Origin: Candidatus Woesearchaeota archaeon
Lineage (GTDB): Archaea > Nanobdellota > Nanobdellia > Woesearchaeales > JAHWHD01
NCBI GenBank assembly: GCA_019323515.1
Contig: JAHWHG010000004.1
Coordinates: forward strand, 1,859-65,858
Length of the DNA: 64,000 nt
Direction: 5' to 3'
In this document: in pieces, positions 52,064-60,698 of the stretch
How positions within the stretch are numbered: position 1 is the stretch's first letter
Layout: each line of letters begins with the position of its first letter
The notes under the pieces: model-generated
What the model saw: only the letters and a program-made list of their open reading frames with translations
Database searches by the model: none
Told to the model about the DNA's origin: nothing
Position numbers and translations under genes: made by a program

Positions 52064-52687
52064 ATGAAGATAATATTTCTAGGGAAACCTGGTTCTGGGA
52101 AAGGAACACAAGCAAAAAAGTTAGCTAACCATCTGAAGATTCCGCATATTTCTACAGGTCAGATGTTCAGGTTTGCATATCAGGACAAGACCACATTAGG
52201 GATAAAGGCACATGACGAGTATTGGGGCAAGGGTAAACTTGTGCCTGATGATATAACAAATAAACTTATTGAAGAAAGGTTAATTAAGTGCAAGAATGGA
52301 TTTATACTTGATGGATATCCCAGGACAGTTAACCAGGCAGAGTTCTTGAAAAAACTAGGACATGAGATTGATTTAGTGATTGACCTTGATGTTCCTGATG
52401 AAGTTGTTATAGATAGGATTTCAGGTAGAAGGACATGTCCAAGATGTGGCACGAATTATAATATATTGACATCTCCAAAGCCGAAACAAGAGGGGATGTG
52501 CGATAAATGTAATGTTGAACTTTACCAGAGAGATGATCAGAAGCCTGAGGTTGTAAAAATAAGGTTAAAAGAGTATAAAGATTTGACAAAGCCACTTAAA
52601 GAGTTCTATAAAGATAAGATTAAATTGGTTGATGGAAACAAAGACATTGATTCAATATTCAAGGATATTCTTAAGCTTGTGAAATGA
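52064..52687 (+). CDS. adk: adenylate kinase (long, Zn-lid type)
   Basis: The start is moved to the ATG at 52064; the tracked start overlaps the tRNA. P-loop FLGKPGSGKGTQ, LDGYPRT, and lid CPRCGTNYN...CDKCN. Confidence 0.9.
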   Translation: MKIIFLGKPGSGKGTQAKKLANHLKIPHISTGQMFRFAYQDKTTLGIKAHDEYWGKGKLVPDDITNKLIEERLIKCKNGFILDGYPRTVNQAEFLKKLGHEIDLVIDLDVPDEVVIDRISGRRTCPRCGTNYNILTSPKPKQEGMCDKCNVELYQRDDQKPEVVKIRLKEYKDLTKPLKEFYKDKIKLVDGNKDIDSIFKDILKLVK

Positions 52688-53121
52688 TATTTACAACGCA
52701 TCTTCTAGCAGGGTTATTACTTTGGAAAACATTTAAGGTAGGGTTTTGGGCTTTTGTTTTAGGAGCAGTTATCTTAGATATAGATCATCTATATGTCTAT
52801 ATCAAGCAAGGTATCTATAATCCTATTACGATGTTTAAGCACAGCAGTGATCCTAAGTACGGAAATCATAGGACGCATTGGCATTCAATAATTGGGGTCT
52901 TTGTAATATCATTTGTAGTATGGTTATTTAATAGAGAATTTGGATTGTTCTTTGGATTAGGCATGTTATCCCATATATCTTTAGATGCTCTTGATAAAAA
53001 GGGAATAACATTCTTGTTTTATCCTGTTAAAGGATATCAGAGAGGTATCTTTAATTTTAATGTCATAACAGAATTGATTGTGACTAGTCTTCTGATTTGT
53101 ACAGTTCTTCTATTACTGTAG
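52684..53121 (+). CDS. membrane-bound metal-dependent hydrolase-like protein (DUF457/YdjM-like)
   Basis: 4 TM helices with conserved His/Asp clusters (LDIDHLY, HWHS, SHISLDALD). Confidence 0.5.
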   Translation: MIFTTHLLAGLLLWKTFKVGFWAFVLGAVILDIDHLYVYIKQGIYNPITMFKHSSDPKYGNHRTHWHSIIGVFVISFVVWLFNREFGLFFGLGMLSHISLDALDKKGITFLFYPVKGYQRGIFNFNVITELIVTSLLICTVLLLL

Positions 53122-54058
53122 TTGCGTACGAACCTTTTGGAAGCGAGAAAGTAAGAAGTTGTTTGAACATTCCTTTGTTTAATTCGTCCAAGTCAGTTTT
53201 GATTTCCAAATCTTTAATCTCAGTAAAAGCTTTTCTTTTATCTCCTTCTGCAGAAAGCTCTGGTATCTGAGGGATTATAAAGTCGCGGAGTGTAATTATC
53301 TCAGAATCCATAAAATTTTTTATTATATTATCAACAACACTATCGCCAAGTTCAGTTCCAAAACCTAATATAGGAATAAATTCCACCTTATGGTTGTCCT
53401 TCAAGCATTTTTCCAGGGTCTTGTTCCATATATAAGATTGGTATGAATGAACATACATGCGCAGGATTTTAATGTTAATCTTTCTTAAAGCGCCAACAAA
53501 GTCGTTAGGTTTATGGGTTATATGGTCAAGAACCTTGGATTCTTGGTCTCCAGTATTTTCAAGAATAAGTTCAACTGCTTTTTTGAAATATTTCTTGATT
53601 ATAGCTTTTCCAATCTCTGCATTGTTCCTACTGAAGCGCTGCTGTCCAAAGTAGTTAGGTATCTTTGGGACATGCTCGACTAACTGATTCTTTTCAAGGT
53701 TTCTTACAATGATAATAAATTGATTTCCAATCAAGTCACCAAGGGATAGTGGAGTATCGCCGTATCCATAAAAGTTCAACTCGATATCCTTTAAAGTTAT
53801 ATTAGCTATCTTTTCTTTAGAAACTGATTTTTTAATTGAAATAAGTTGCTCTGTTACAGCTGATTTATCCTTAGTGCCTGCAAAGCCAATTGATTTTGAG
53901 TTGATTTTTAACTTGGAGGCTAATGTTTCAATTGCTCGTAAAGTGGTGTAATTCTTCTTCTTAAGCCAGATATACGTGTAACTGCCTGAATCTTTAGGCT
54001 TGAGATTAGTTATTTCCTTTACTATAAAATCCTCTGGATGCTGCTTAATCTTGTACAT
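53084..54058 (-). CDS. truD: tRNA pseudouridine synthase D (TruD/Pus7 family)
   Basis: KQHPEDFIVKEI, then FAGTKDKSAVTEQ (catalytic Asp motif GxKDxxAxTxQ), then NYFGQQRF. Confidence 0.88.
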   Translation of the reverse strand: MYKIKQHPEDFIVKEITNLKPKDSGSYTYIWLKKKNYTTLRAIETLASKLKINSKSIGFAGTKDKSAVTEQLISIKKSVSKEKIANITLKDIELNFYGYGDTPLSLGDLIGNQFIIIVRNLEKNQLVEHVPKIPNYFGQQRFSRNNAEIGKAIIKKYFKKAVELILENTGDQESKVLDHITHKPNDFVGALRKINIKILRMYVHSYQSYIWNKTLEKCLKDNHKVEFIPILGFGTELGDSVVDNIIKNFMDSEIITLRDFIIPQIPELSAEGDKRKAFTEIKDLEIKTDLDELNKGMFKQLLTFSLPKGSYATTVIEELYKSED

Positions 54059-54076
54059 AATCTTTAAAAATAAGGC

Positions 54077-54091
54077 AAAAATATATAAAAA
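54077..54091 (+). promoter_or_regulatory. TATA-box-like element upstream of the tRNA-Arg locus
   Basis: AAAATATATAAAAA is centred about 30 nt upstream of 54115, the first GCGCCTG. The second GCGCCTG copy at 54251 has no comparably spaced box. Confidence 0.4.
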
Positions 54092-54108
54092 TGACTCAAA
54101 TTAAGAGC

Positions 54109-54244
54109 AAATATGCGCCTGTAGCGCAGCCATGGGAAATGGTTACGCTCATTTCATTAAGTTCGTAAACACGAACTTAAATTCGCAACTTTTGCGAATT
54201 TAGCAAGATACGACTCCTAGTCGCTTTGCGACCGGAGTCCTATA
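54109..54244 (+). repeat. first copy of a 136-nt tandem unit: tRNA-Arg 5' exon (GCGCCTGTAGCGCAG) plus three-hairpin intron-like RNA
   Basis: A 21-nt identity AAATATGCGCCTGTAGCGCAG links 54109-54129 and 54245-54265. The hairpins are TTAAGTTCG/CGAACTTAA (54157-54180), AATTCGCAA/TTGCGAATT (54180-54200) and GACTCC..GGAGTC (54212-54239). Each has a structural counterpart in the second unit. Confidence 0.75.
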
Positions 54245-54250
54245 AAATAT

Positions 54251-54521
54251 GCGCCTGTAGCGCAGTCTGGTAACTGGTTACGCTCGGTTAACTAAGTTTG
54301 CTAAGGCAAACTTAAATTCGTTGGTTAAGCGAATTTAGCAAAAGGCGACTCCTAGTCTACGACCGGAGTCCCCTGCGGAGAGGTGTAACGGTTGGGCAAA
54401 TAGCGCGACAGCCTCCTACGCTGATGATGAGCTCTGGAGTAGTACTTTGCTTTGCAAAGTAGAAAGAGAGTTAGCAGAAGCAGAAAGCTGTAGGTCGGGG
54501 GTTCGAATCCCCTCAGGCGCG
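54251..54521 (+). tRNA. tRNA-Arg(CCU) with a long non-canonical intron in the D-loop region and a second about 67-nt intron at or near the anticodon loop (exact splice sites unresolved)
   Basis: 5' GCGCCTG-TA-GCGC-AG...(about 130 nt)...AAATA-GCGC-G-ACAGC-CTCCTA...(about 67 nt)...A-GCTGT-AGGTC-GGGGG-TTCGAAT-CCCCT-CAGGCGC-G. The acceptor, D, anticodon and T stems all pair, and the anticodon CCT lies at 54412-54414. Confidence 0.65.
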
Positions 54522-54528
54522 TTTTTTT
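54522..54528 (+). terminator. oligo-T terminator after tRNA-Arg
   Basis: TTTTTTT lies immediately after the discriminator base. Confidence 0.5.
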
Positions 54529-54531
54529 AAA

Positions 54532-55614
54532 ATGATAAATTATCGGCAATTAAAAGAGGGTTGGAGAATTCTATTAAGAGGTATAAGCAGAGGGCATTAT
54601 AAGAAGTATAAAGGTAATGCAAAGGAAATTTGTCAGCAGATTGTTAAAGACTGTTGGAATGGAAAATATTTTCAAACAAGTCTTGGACATTTCAGCCAGT
54701 TCTATGTAAGGGATTTCAGTTATTGTGTTGAGGGTTTACTGAAAGCTGGCTATAGGGAAGAAGTCAAGAAAACTCTGGAATATGCTCTAAGGATTTTTAA
54801 GAGAGAAGACAGGATTACAACTACAATAACTCCAGATGGTAAGACTGTGAACATATTCAGGTATACGCCTGAATCAGTTGCGCTTATGACAAGAGATCTT
54901 AGAGTGCTTAATGACAAAGCATTGATAAAAAGGTATAAAGCATTTATTGAGAAAGAGGTACATAAAGCCTATGAGTATGCTTTTGATAAGGAAAAAGGTT
55001 TACTGAAGAAGGATATTGAGTTTAGTTCAATAAAGGATGGTGCTAAAAGAAGAAGTTCATGTTATAACAATTGTATGATTGCAATGCTGAGCAATGAACT
55101 GAACAAACTTAAGTTTTATAATCCATTTGATCATTATGATCTTAAAAGAAACATAAAAGAAAATTTTTGGAACGGTAGATACTTTATTGATGACCTAAGC
55201 GGTGTTAATTATGTTGCAGGTGATGCAATTACCTTTGCGTTCTGGACTGGAGTGTTTGATTCAAAGAATATGTTTAGAAGTTGCCTTGGAGCAATAAAGA
55301 GAGATGGACTTGACAAACCATGGCCGCTTAAATATACCAAAAATAGACTGAAGTATCATATCATACAAGAGATTTTTACTCCAAATTATGAAGGGAATAC
55401 TTTATGGATGCATTTAGGAGCATGTTTTCTTAAAGTTGTAAAGAAATATGATAAAAAGGCTTTTAAAGAATACATTACTAAGTATACTAAAGTTATTGAG
55501 AAGAATAAGAATTACATGGAGCTTTTTCATCCGAATGGAAAAAGGTATAAAACATTGTTTTATAAAGCTGATGAAGGGATGTTGTGGGCTGCTATGTACT
55601 TAGAACTGGGGTGA
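54532..55614 (+). CDS. hypothetical protein, possibly (alpha/alpha)6 glycoside-hydrolase-like
   Basis: 360-aa ORF. GHFSQFYVRDFSYCVEGLL resembles the GDE_C/six-hairpin motif. The functional call is weak. Confidence 0.4.
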   Translation: MINYRQLKEGWRILLRGISRGHYKKYKGNAKEICQQIVKDCWNGKYFQTSLGHFSQFYVRDFSYCVEGLLKAGYREEVKKTLEYALRIFKREDRITTTITPDGKTVNIFRYTPESVALMTRDLRVLNDKALIKRYKAFIEKEVHKAYEYAFDKEKGLLKKDIEFSSIKDGAKRRSSCYNNCMIAMLSNELNKLKFYNPFDHYDLKRNIKENFWNGRYFIDDLSGVNYVAGDAITFAFWTGVFDSKNMFRSCLGAIKRDGLDKPWPLKYTKNRLKYHIIQEIFTPNYEGNTLWMHLGACFLKVVKKYDKKAFKEYITKYTKVIEKNKNYMELFHPNGKRYKTLFYKADEGMLWAAMYLELG

Positions 55615-55619
55615 GACTT

Positions 55620-56132
55620 ATGCTTAAATCTAACAGACTCGTGTTAAGGCACTTCAAAAAAGATGATGCAAAGGATTACCTTAAAGCGCATGATAAGGTA
55701 GCTGCAAGGAACTTCAGAAGAGTGCCAAAGAATTTAAGAGAATCAAAAGCTGAGGTAGATGAACATATTGAACAATATTCTGTTCCAGTGAATAAAAGAA
55801 AAGAAGAGGCTTTTGTGATAGAGATTGATGAAGAGTTTTGTGGCTGGATCAATGTACATGACATACGGTATGGGCATAAAGCAGTGACTGCTTCGTTAGT
55901 TGATAAAAAGTATAGAGGAAAGGGGATAGGAACAGAGGCACATAAATTGCTATTACCTTATGCATTCAAAAAATATAAACTAGTAAGGATTTCTGGGAGA
56001 TTAAGGGCTTTTAATAAGGCATCTGCAAAAATGCTTGAGAAGTCAGGATACAGATATGAAGGTACGCATAGGAAAGATTATAAAAAGAATGGAAGGTATT
56101 ATGATCATCTTGTCTATGCTGTGGTTAGATAA
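55620..56132 (+). CDS. GNAT family N-acetyltransferase (RimJ/RimL-like)
   Basis: The start is moved to the ATG at 55620. LKSNRLVLRHFKKDDAKDY... and YRGKGIGTEAHKLLLPYAF (acetyl-CoA Q/RxxGxG/A motif). Confidence 0.75.
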   Translation: MLKSNRLVLRHFKKDDAKDYLKAHDKVAARNFRRVPKNLRESKAEVDEHIEQYSVPVNKRKEEAFVIEIDEEFCGWINVHDIRYGHKAVTASLVDKKYRGKGIGTEAHKLLLPYAFKKYKLVRISGRLRAFNKASAKMLEKSGYRYEGTHRKDYKKNGRYYDHLVYAVVR

Positions 56133-56204
56133 TTTAAGAGATAATTTCAAATAAAGTAAAACCTATAGGTATATTTATAAAGGTTTTTTGATTATAATTG
56201 TATT

Positions 56205-56924
56205 ATGGCAAAGAAAGATACATTTTTACTAGTGTCGTTGCAAGAGGATAAGGCAAAGGAAGTTGCACAGATAATAACAAATAGGACCTGCAGGAAGATA
56301 CTTGATTTCCTTGCTGAGAATGAGGATTCTACTGAGAGCAAGATTGCTAAAGAGCTTAAGCTTGCAATATCAACTGTACATTATAATCTTGAAGCATTAA
56401 GAAAAGCTAAACTTGTTGAGAGTGATGAATTTCATTATAGTATCAAAGGTAAAGAGGTTAATCATTACAGGCTTGCAAGTAAGTACATTATAATTGCTCC
56501 AAAGTCTACATGGGGGATAAAAGAGAAGTTAAGAAGTATACTCCCAATAGGGCTTATGACAGCTGGTGCTGCGTTTGTAATAAACTGGTTATCAAGAGGG
56601 ATGTATAAGGTAAGCTCTGCAACAAAAAGTTTTGGTTTTGCTGGTCAACTTAGTGAGACTATGTCAGTTGCGCCACAGGTAGCTGAAAGTGTTGCGACAG
56701 TTACAAAAACTACTGTGGACAGCGGAGCCTTAGAGGTTCTGCCTAATGCAGCTGATTTAATGTATGAGAATATTACGCAGATACCAGAGAATATTACAAA
56801 AATTGTGCAGACCATCACTGTTGAGCCAAGCGCATGGCAGAATCCTGCTTTATGGTTTGTGCTTGGAGCAATCTTTGTAGCAGTAATTTATACATTATTT
56901 TACCTGATTAAAAGAAGAAAATGA
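56205..56924 (+). CDS. ArsR-like winged-HTH protein with C-terminal TM helices
   Basis: RKILDFLAENEDSTESKIAKELKLAISTVHYNLEALRKAKLVE is an ArsR-type HTH. TM segments lie at about aa 110-130 and 215-235. Confidence 0.65.
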   Translation: MAKKDTFLLVSLQEDKAKEVAQIITNRTCRKILDFLAENEDSTESKIAKELKLAISTVHYNLEALRKAKLVESDEFHYSIKGKEVNHYRLASKYIIIAPKSTWGIKEKLRSILPIGLMTAGAAFVINWLSRGMYKVSSATKSFGFAGQLSETMSVAPQVAESVATVTKTTVDSGALEVLPNAADLMYENITQIPENITKIVQTITVEPSAWQNPALWFVLGAIFVAVIYTLFYLIKRRK

Positions 56925-56935
56925 GGTGAATCTAA

Positions 56936-57271
56936 ATGAAAAGGGTTATTATGTTTATTTTAATTTTAAGTTTAATACTGTTTGTTGGCTGTAATGGGGA
57001 TTCTGTTGTAAATGGAAGTGATAATGTCCCTGGCCAGTATGAAGAAGAGTGTAAAGCTGATGAGGATTGTATTGTAGGGGGATGTTCTGGGACAATATGC
57101 AGTTCAAAACAAGCAGGGCCTATATTCTCAACATGCGAATGGAAGCCGGAATATGAATGTTATAAAGAAGCTAATTGTGGTTGTGTGCAAGGTAGATGTG
57201 CATGGAAAGATGGGAATCTAGAATCCTGCATACAAGAGAAAAAAGATTCTGATGCTCCTGTTATTGTATAA
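56936..57271 (+). CDS. small secreted Cys-rich (8-10 Cys) lipoprotein-like protein
   Basis: Signal plus lipobox-like LFVGCNG, followed by CKADEDCIVGGCSGTICSS...CEWKPEYECYKEANCGCVQGRCAW. Confidence 0.55.
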   Translation: MKRVIMFILILSLILFVGCNGDSVVNGSDNVPGQYEEECKADEDCIVGGCSGTICSSKQAGPIFSTCEWKPEYECYKEANCGCVQGRCAWKDGNLESCIQEKKDSDAPVIV

Positions 57272-57300
57272 AAATTAGAGAAATAGGATTAATGTAGGCC

Positions 57301-59133
57301 TCATTTAACCATCTTATTTAGCAGTTCTACAATCTTTTTTCCTTCTGCTTTTCCTCTTAACTCTGACATAGCTTTGCCAATGATTGCGTTGATTTTAAGC
57401 TTTTTATTCTCACTTACAATGCGTTTGAGTTCTATTTTTAGCTCAGAATCACTGAGCAAGCGGAAGGATTCATAATCAATCATCTCACCTTTTGCAATCC
57501 TTAAAATGATTTCTTCTAGGGATTCCTTTGCTATCAAGCCTTTATCGAGATGCCAAAACATTGTTTCAAATTCCTTGGCAGAGATGCTGATTGAGCCAAG
57601 GTTGTTTTTTCTCTGGATCTCCTTAAGTTTAGGGATAAGCAGTTCTCCGATAAAGCTTGGTTTTAGGTTAGAAAATTCCTTAACAAATCTTTCGAAAAGG
57701 TCTGCTTTTGGTGATTTTGCAAGAAGTTCTGCCAAATCCTTCCCAATATTGTACTTGCGCTGGAATCTTTGTGACTTATCTGTTATAAGTTCTGGAAGGA
57801 TTATGTTTTGGGTATCAGGGATTATTGGGACAATGTCTGTCTCTGGGTACATCCTAGCAGATCCAGGAATAGGCCTATTGAATGATGAGGTTCCGTCAGG
57901 GTTTGGTCCTCTTACTTCCTTTGGAATACCCTGTAGTGTTTCAAGAGCTCTCCTAACAACCTCATACAATGCTTTTTCTGCCTTGAAGGGTTTATCAGCA
58001 ACCAAGACAAATGCGTCTTCTTTTGCGCATTTCAGTTCTTTGTTTATCTGCTTGACGTTCTTATCAGTGATACCGTATTTAGGGAGTTCATCTGAGTGGA
58101 AGATTCCTCCAACACCTGCAAGTACCTTTGCCCTGTCTGAGAATTCTGTCCCGAGTCTTCTTCCAGGTTGAACCTCTTTACCGACTAAACCTGAGAATTT
58201 TGGGAGCTTAACTGCAAGGACTATTCCGTTCCTTTCAAGAGCAGACTTTATCACACCCGAACCTGTATCTTCGAAGAGGTGTGTGACGTCTATGAATTTT
58301 TCAGGAATCTTAAGTGATCTTGGGAGTGAAGCCTTGATTTCAAGTAAGTTTTTCTGACGCATCACTTCGTATTCGACATATGTACTTGTCAGTTTTAAGT
58401 CCTGCACACCTTTAATTTCTATACGTGTACCTCCAGTGATTGAGATATTAAGATCTTGACGTATTGTGCCTAAGCCACGCTTGCACATGCCTGTGCTTCT
58501 CAGTAAAAGACCAATAGTCTCTGCTGCTTCCCTGCATTGTAAGGGGGTCTTGATATCAGGCATTGTGGCAATCTCTATAAGGGGGATTCCCAGGCGGTCA
58601 AGCCTGAAAGTTACTGAATCCTTAGTCTTCTCGATTTCCCTTGCTGCATCTTCCTCTAGAAAGATTGCCTGAAGTCCAACTTTTTCGCCAGAAGGAAGTA
58701 TCAGTGAACCATTTCTTGAGATAAGTGCTGTCCTTTGGTAGCCAGAGACAGCTGAACCATTTACGATTGTCTTACGCATAACATTTATCTCGTCAACAAT
58801 GTTGGCATCTGTCATCATAGAAATCTGTAGAGCTGTGTCAAGAGCTTCACGATTGATATTCTTCGGAGGTTCCTCGTCTAATTCCACAAGACAGGTTGTG
58901 TTTGAGTATGCTTCATACATGTATTCTTTTTGTTTCTTTGCCTCAGCTAAAGCTGCAACATCAACTGAACCTAGTTCGCCTGCTGCTGCCTTTAGTTTTC
59001 TCTTTAAAGTTATATCAGGCCTATCGTCCCTTATAATTGAAGGACAGTTACAGAACAATTTATTAGTGTTAAGCTGCTGGTGGATCTCAAGACCTACCAT
59101 TAATCCTAATGTTTCATAGTCTTCCTCTGCCAA
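57301..59133 (-). CDS. gatE: Glu-tRNA(Gln) amidotransferase subunit E
   Basis: GLEIHQQLNT..KLFCNCPS; the GatB/E core; and a C-terminal YqeY-like tail. It is paired with gatD upstream. Confidence 0.92.
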   Translation of the reverse strand: MAEEDYETLGLMVGLEIHQQLNTNKLFCNCPSIIRDDRPDITLKRKLKAAAGELGSVDVAALAEAKKQKEYMYEAYSNTTCLVELDEEPPKNINREALDTALQISMMTDANIVDEINVMRKTIVNGSAVSGYQRTALISRNGSLILPSGEKVGLQAIFLEEDAAREIEKTKDSVTFRLDRLGIPLIEIATMPDIKTPLQCREAAETIGLLLRSTGMCKRGLGTIRQDLNISITGGTRIEIKGVQDLKLTSTYVEYEVMRQKNLLEIKASLPRSLKIPEKFIDVTHLFEDTGSGVIKSALERNGIVLAVKLPKFSGLVGKEVQPGRRLGTEFSDRAKVLAGVGGIFHSDELPKYGITDKNVKQINKELKCAKEDAFVLVADKPFKAEKALYEVVRRALETLQGIPKEVRGPNPDGTSSFNRPIPGSARMYPETDIVPIIPDTQNIILPELITDKSQRFQRKYNIGKDLAELLAKSPKADLFERFVKEFSNLKPSFIGELLIPKLKEIQRKNNLGSISISAKEFETMFWHLDKGLIAKESLEEIILRIAKGEMIDYESFRLLSDSELKIELKRIVSENKKLKINAIIGKAMSELRGKAEGKKIVELLNKMVK

Positions 59134-59360
59134 ATGAGTACACCTTTTCTTCTCACTTCCCTAATCCTATGCATTGGTATATAAACTTCACGATTATTTT
59201 TCTCAAGTACAAGTGTGTAACCTTGAATGTCTATTATATCATTGTACCTGATTTTTACTTTTTTTCCTGAAACCCTGTCGTAATAAAACAAGGTGTAATC
59301 TATAGGATTTTCGCGTTTATCGTATTTAATCTTATTGATTAAATCCTTGATAGTTTGCAT
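59106..59360 (-). CDS. DUF504/UPF0248-like small protein
   Basis: 84 aa. ...YDRVSGKKVKIRYNDI...IPMHRIREVRRKGVLIWQR follows the MJ1316-family pattern. It overlaps gatE by 28 nt. Confidence 0.55.
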   Translation of the reverse strand: MQTIKDLINKIKYDKRENPIDYTLFYYDRVSGKKVKIRYNDIIDIQGYTLVLEKNNREVYIPMHRIREVRRKGVLIWQRKTMKH

Positions 59361-59372
59361 TTTAGGTGATTA

Positions 59373-60662
59373 TTATGCAATAAAAGTGTTCTCTTCAATC
59401 CTTTCTGAGATTTCACCCTTAATGTTCTCATCGTAAAGTTCACGAACCTCTTTCTTAGTGTAATTGCTTAGTAGCCAAGCAAGCTTTATAAATGCTGTCT
59501 CTGTGGTCATGTCTGAAAAATTTCCAAGAACACCAAGTTTCTGAAGATCTCTGCCTGGAGAGTATACATCCATCTGCAGTCTGCCGAAGATAGTCTGAGG
59601 AGCTGCAACAAGGACTGTCTTTTTTGAGAGGTCTTCAATTGCTTTTCTTATCTTGAAATGTTCTTTTGTAAACTCATCAATCTGTGAAGTGGGAGCATGA
59701 CCTAGCCCAGTCAGTTCAAGTACAAGTCCGTCGTAGCCCTTATAACAAAGAAACTGGTTGGCGTACATGTTTGTATGAGTTCTAAGGATGCCAACCCTAA
59801 TATTCTCCTTTATAGGCATTAGTCTAAGCTTCGAGTTTGAACGATGCCTATAAGTTTTTCTTAGATAAGTTATTGTTCCGTTCTTATCAACACGGGCCCA
59901 GGGTCTTACATTAATAGGTTTGAATGCATCTCTTCTTGAGGTATGAAGCTTTCTTGATTTCAATCCAGGAATGAGAATACAAGAGTCATCACTTATTGTC
60001 TCATGCATACAAATAGCAACTTCTGCAAAATCTGAATTTGCAGCAAAACTCACGGCACAGAATATGTTAAGAGCTGCATCAGTTGAACCTCTATCTGAAC
60101 TTCTCTGGGCGCCCACAAGTATAACTGGTACAGACAAATCCTGAAGTATAAAGCTTAGAGCTGCAGCAGTGTAATGCATTGTATCAGTTCCATGGGTTAT
60201 AACTATTCCTGAAGCGCCTTTCTTAATCTCTTTCTGTATCTCTTTTGCTATTATATTATAATGAGCAAAACGCATCATCTCAGACTGAATGTTTCTAATA
60301 AGCCTTGAGTGAATATTTGCAATATCGCTTATCTCTGGGAACATCTGAACAAGTTCTTCAGGTGTGAACTGTGCAATAACACCACCAGTCTCGTAATCTA
60401 CCTTTGAAGCTATTGTCCCGCCAGTGTGAAGGATTGAAATCTTTGGAAGGCCTTTCTTAGATGCTACCTTTGGAAGTTTGGATTTCCTCTCTTCTGCACT
60501 CTTAACAACCTCAACTCTAACAACGCGGTCTTCGTTCAAACCAATATTATAACCATTTTCTAATTTAATGACTATTATGTCCTTTTCAAAAGATGGAACA
60601 AAAATACCTTCAATAATTTCGTCCTTTGTGTGAACACGTACTTTATCTCCTTGTTTTGCCAT
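59373..60662 (-). CDS. gatD: Glu-tRNA(Gln) amidotransferase subunit D (asparaginase domain)
   Basis: An N-terminal beta domain, then ILHTGGTIAS (asparaginase Thr motif) and VITHGTDTM. Confidence 0.92.
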   Translation of the reverse strand: MAKQGDKVRVHTKDEIIEGIFVPSFEKDIIVIKLENGYNIGLNEDRVVRVEVVKSAEERKSKLPKVASKKGLPKISILHTGGTIASKVDYETGGVIAQFTPEELVQMFPEISDIANIHSRLIRNIQSEMMRFAHYNIIAKEIQKEIKKGASGIVITHGTDTMHYTAAALSFILQDLSVPVILVGAQRSSDRGSTDAALNIFCAVSFAANSDFAEVAICMHETISDDSCILIPGLKSRKLHTSRRDAFKPINVRPWARVDKNGTITYLRKTYRHRSNSKLRLMPIKENIRVGILRTHTNMYANQFLCYKGYDGLVLELTGLGHAPTSQIDEFTKEHFKIRKAIEDLSKKTVLVAAPQTIFGRLQMDVYSPGRDLQKLGVLGNFSDMTTETAFIKLAWLLSNYTKKEVRELYDENIKGEISERIEENTFIA

Positions 60663-60698
60663 TTTAATACCTCTTTTGTTGAATTTATATTTTAATAA

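Noticed and set aside
54421-54490. C/D-box sRNA inside the tRNA-Arg intron (CTGA-TGATGA at 54421-54430)
   Set aside because: A C-box-like ATGATGA is present, but I find no terminal D box (CUGA) near the 3' end of the intron and no clear C'/D' pair. The adjacent CTGA lies 5' of the C box, which would only make sense for a circularised intron. This is too speculative without RNA data.
54352-54549. 65-aa minus-strand ORF; also 51873-52115 (80 aa)
   Set aside because: Both overlap the tRNA genes and their introns and are explained by the RNA features.
57506-58171. 221-aa plus-strand ORF antisense to gatE, and similar ORFs antisense to cdc48, the antiporter, the YchF-like GTPase and others
   Set aside because: These are shadow ORFs opposite strongly supported conserved genes.
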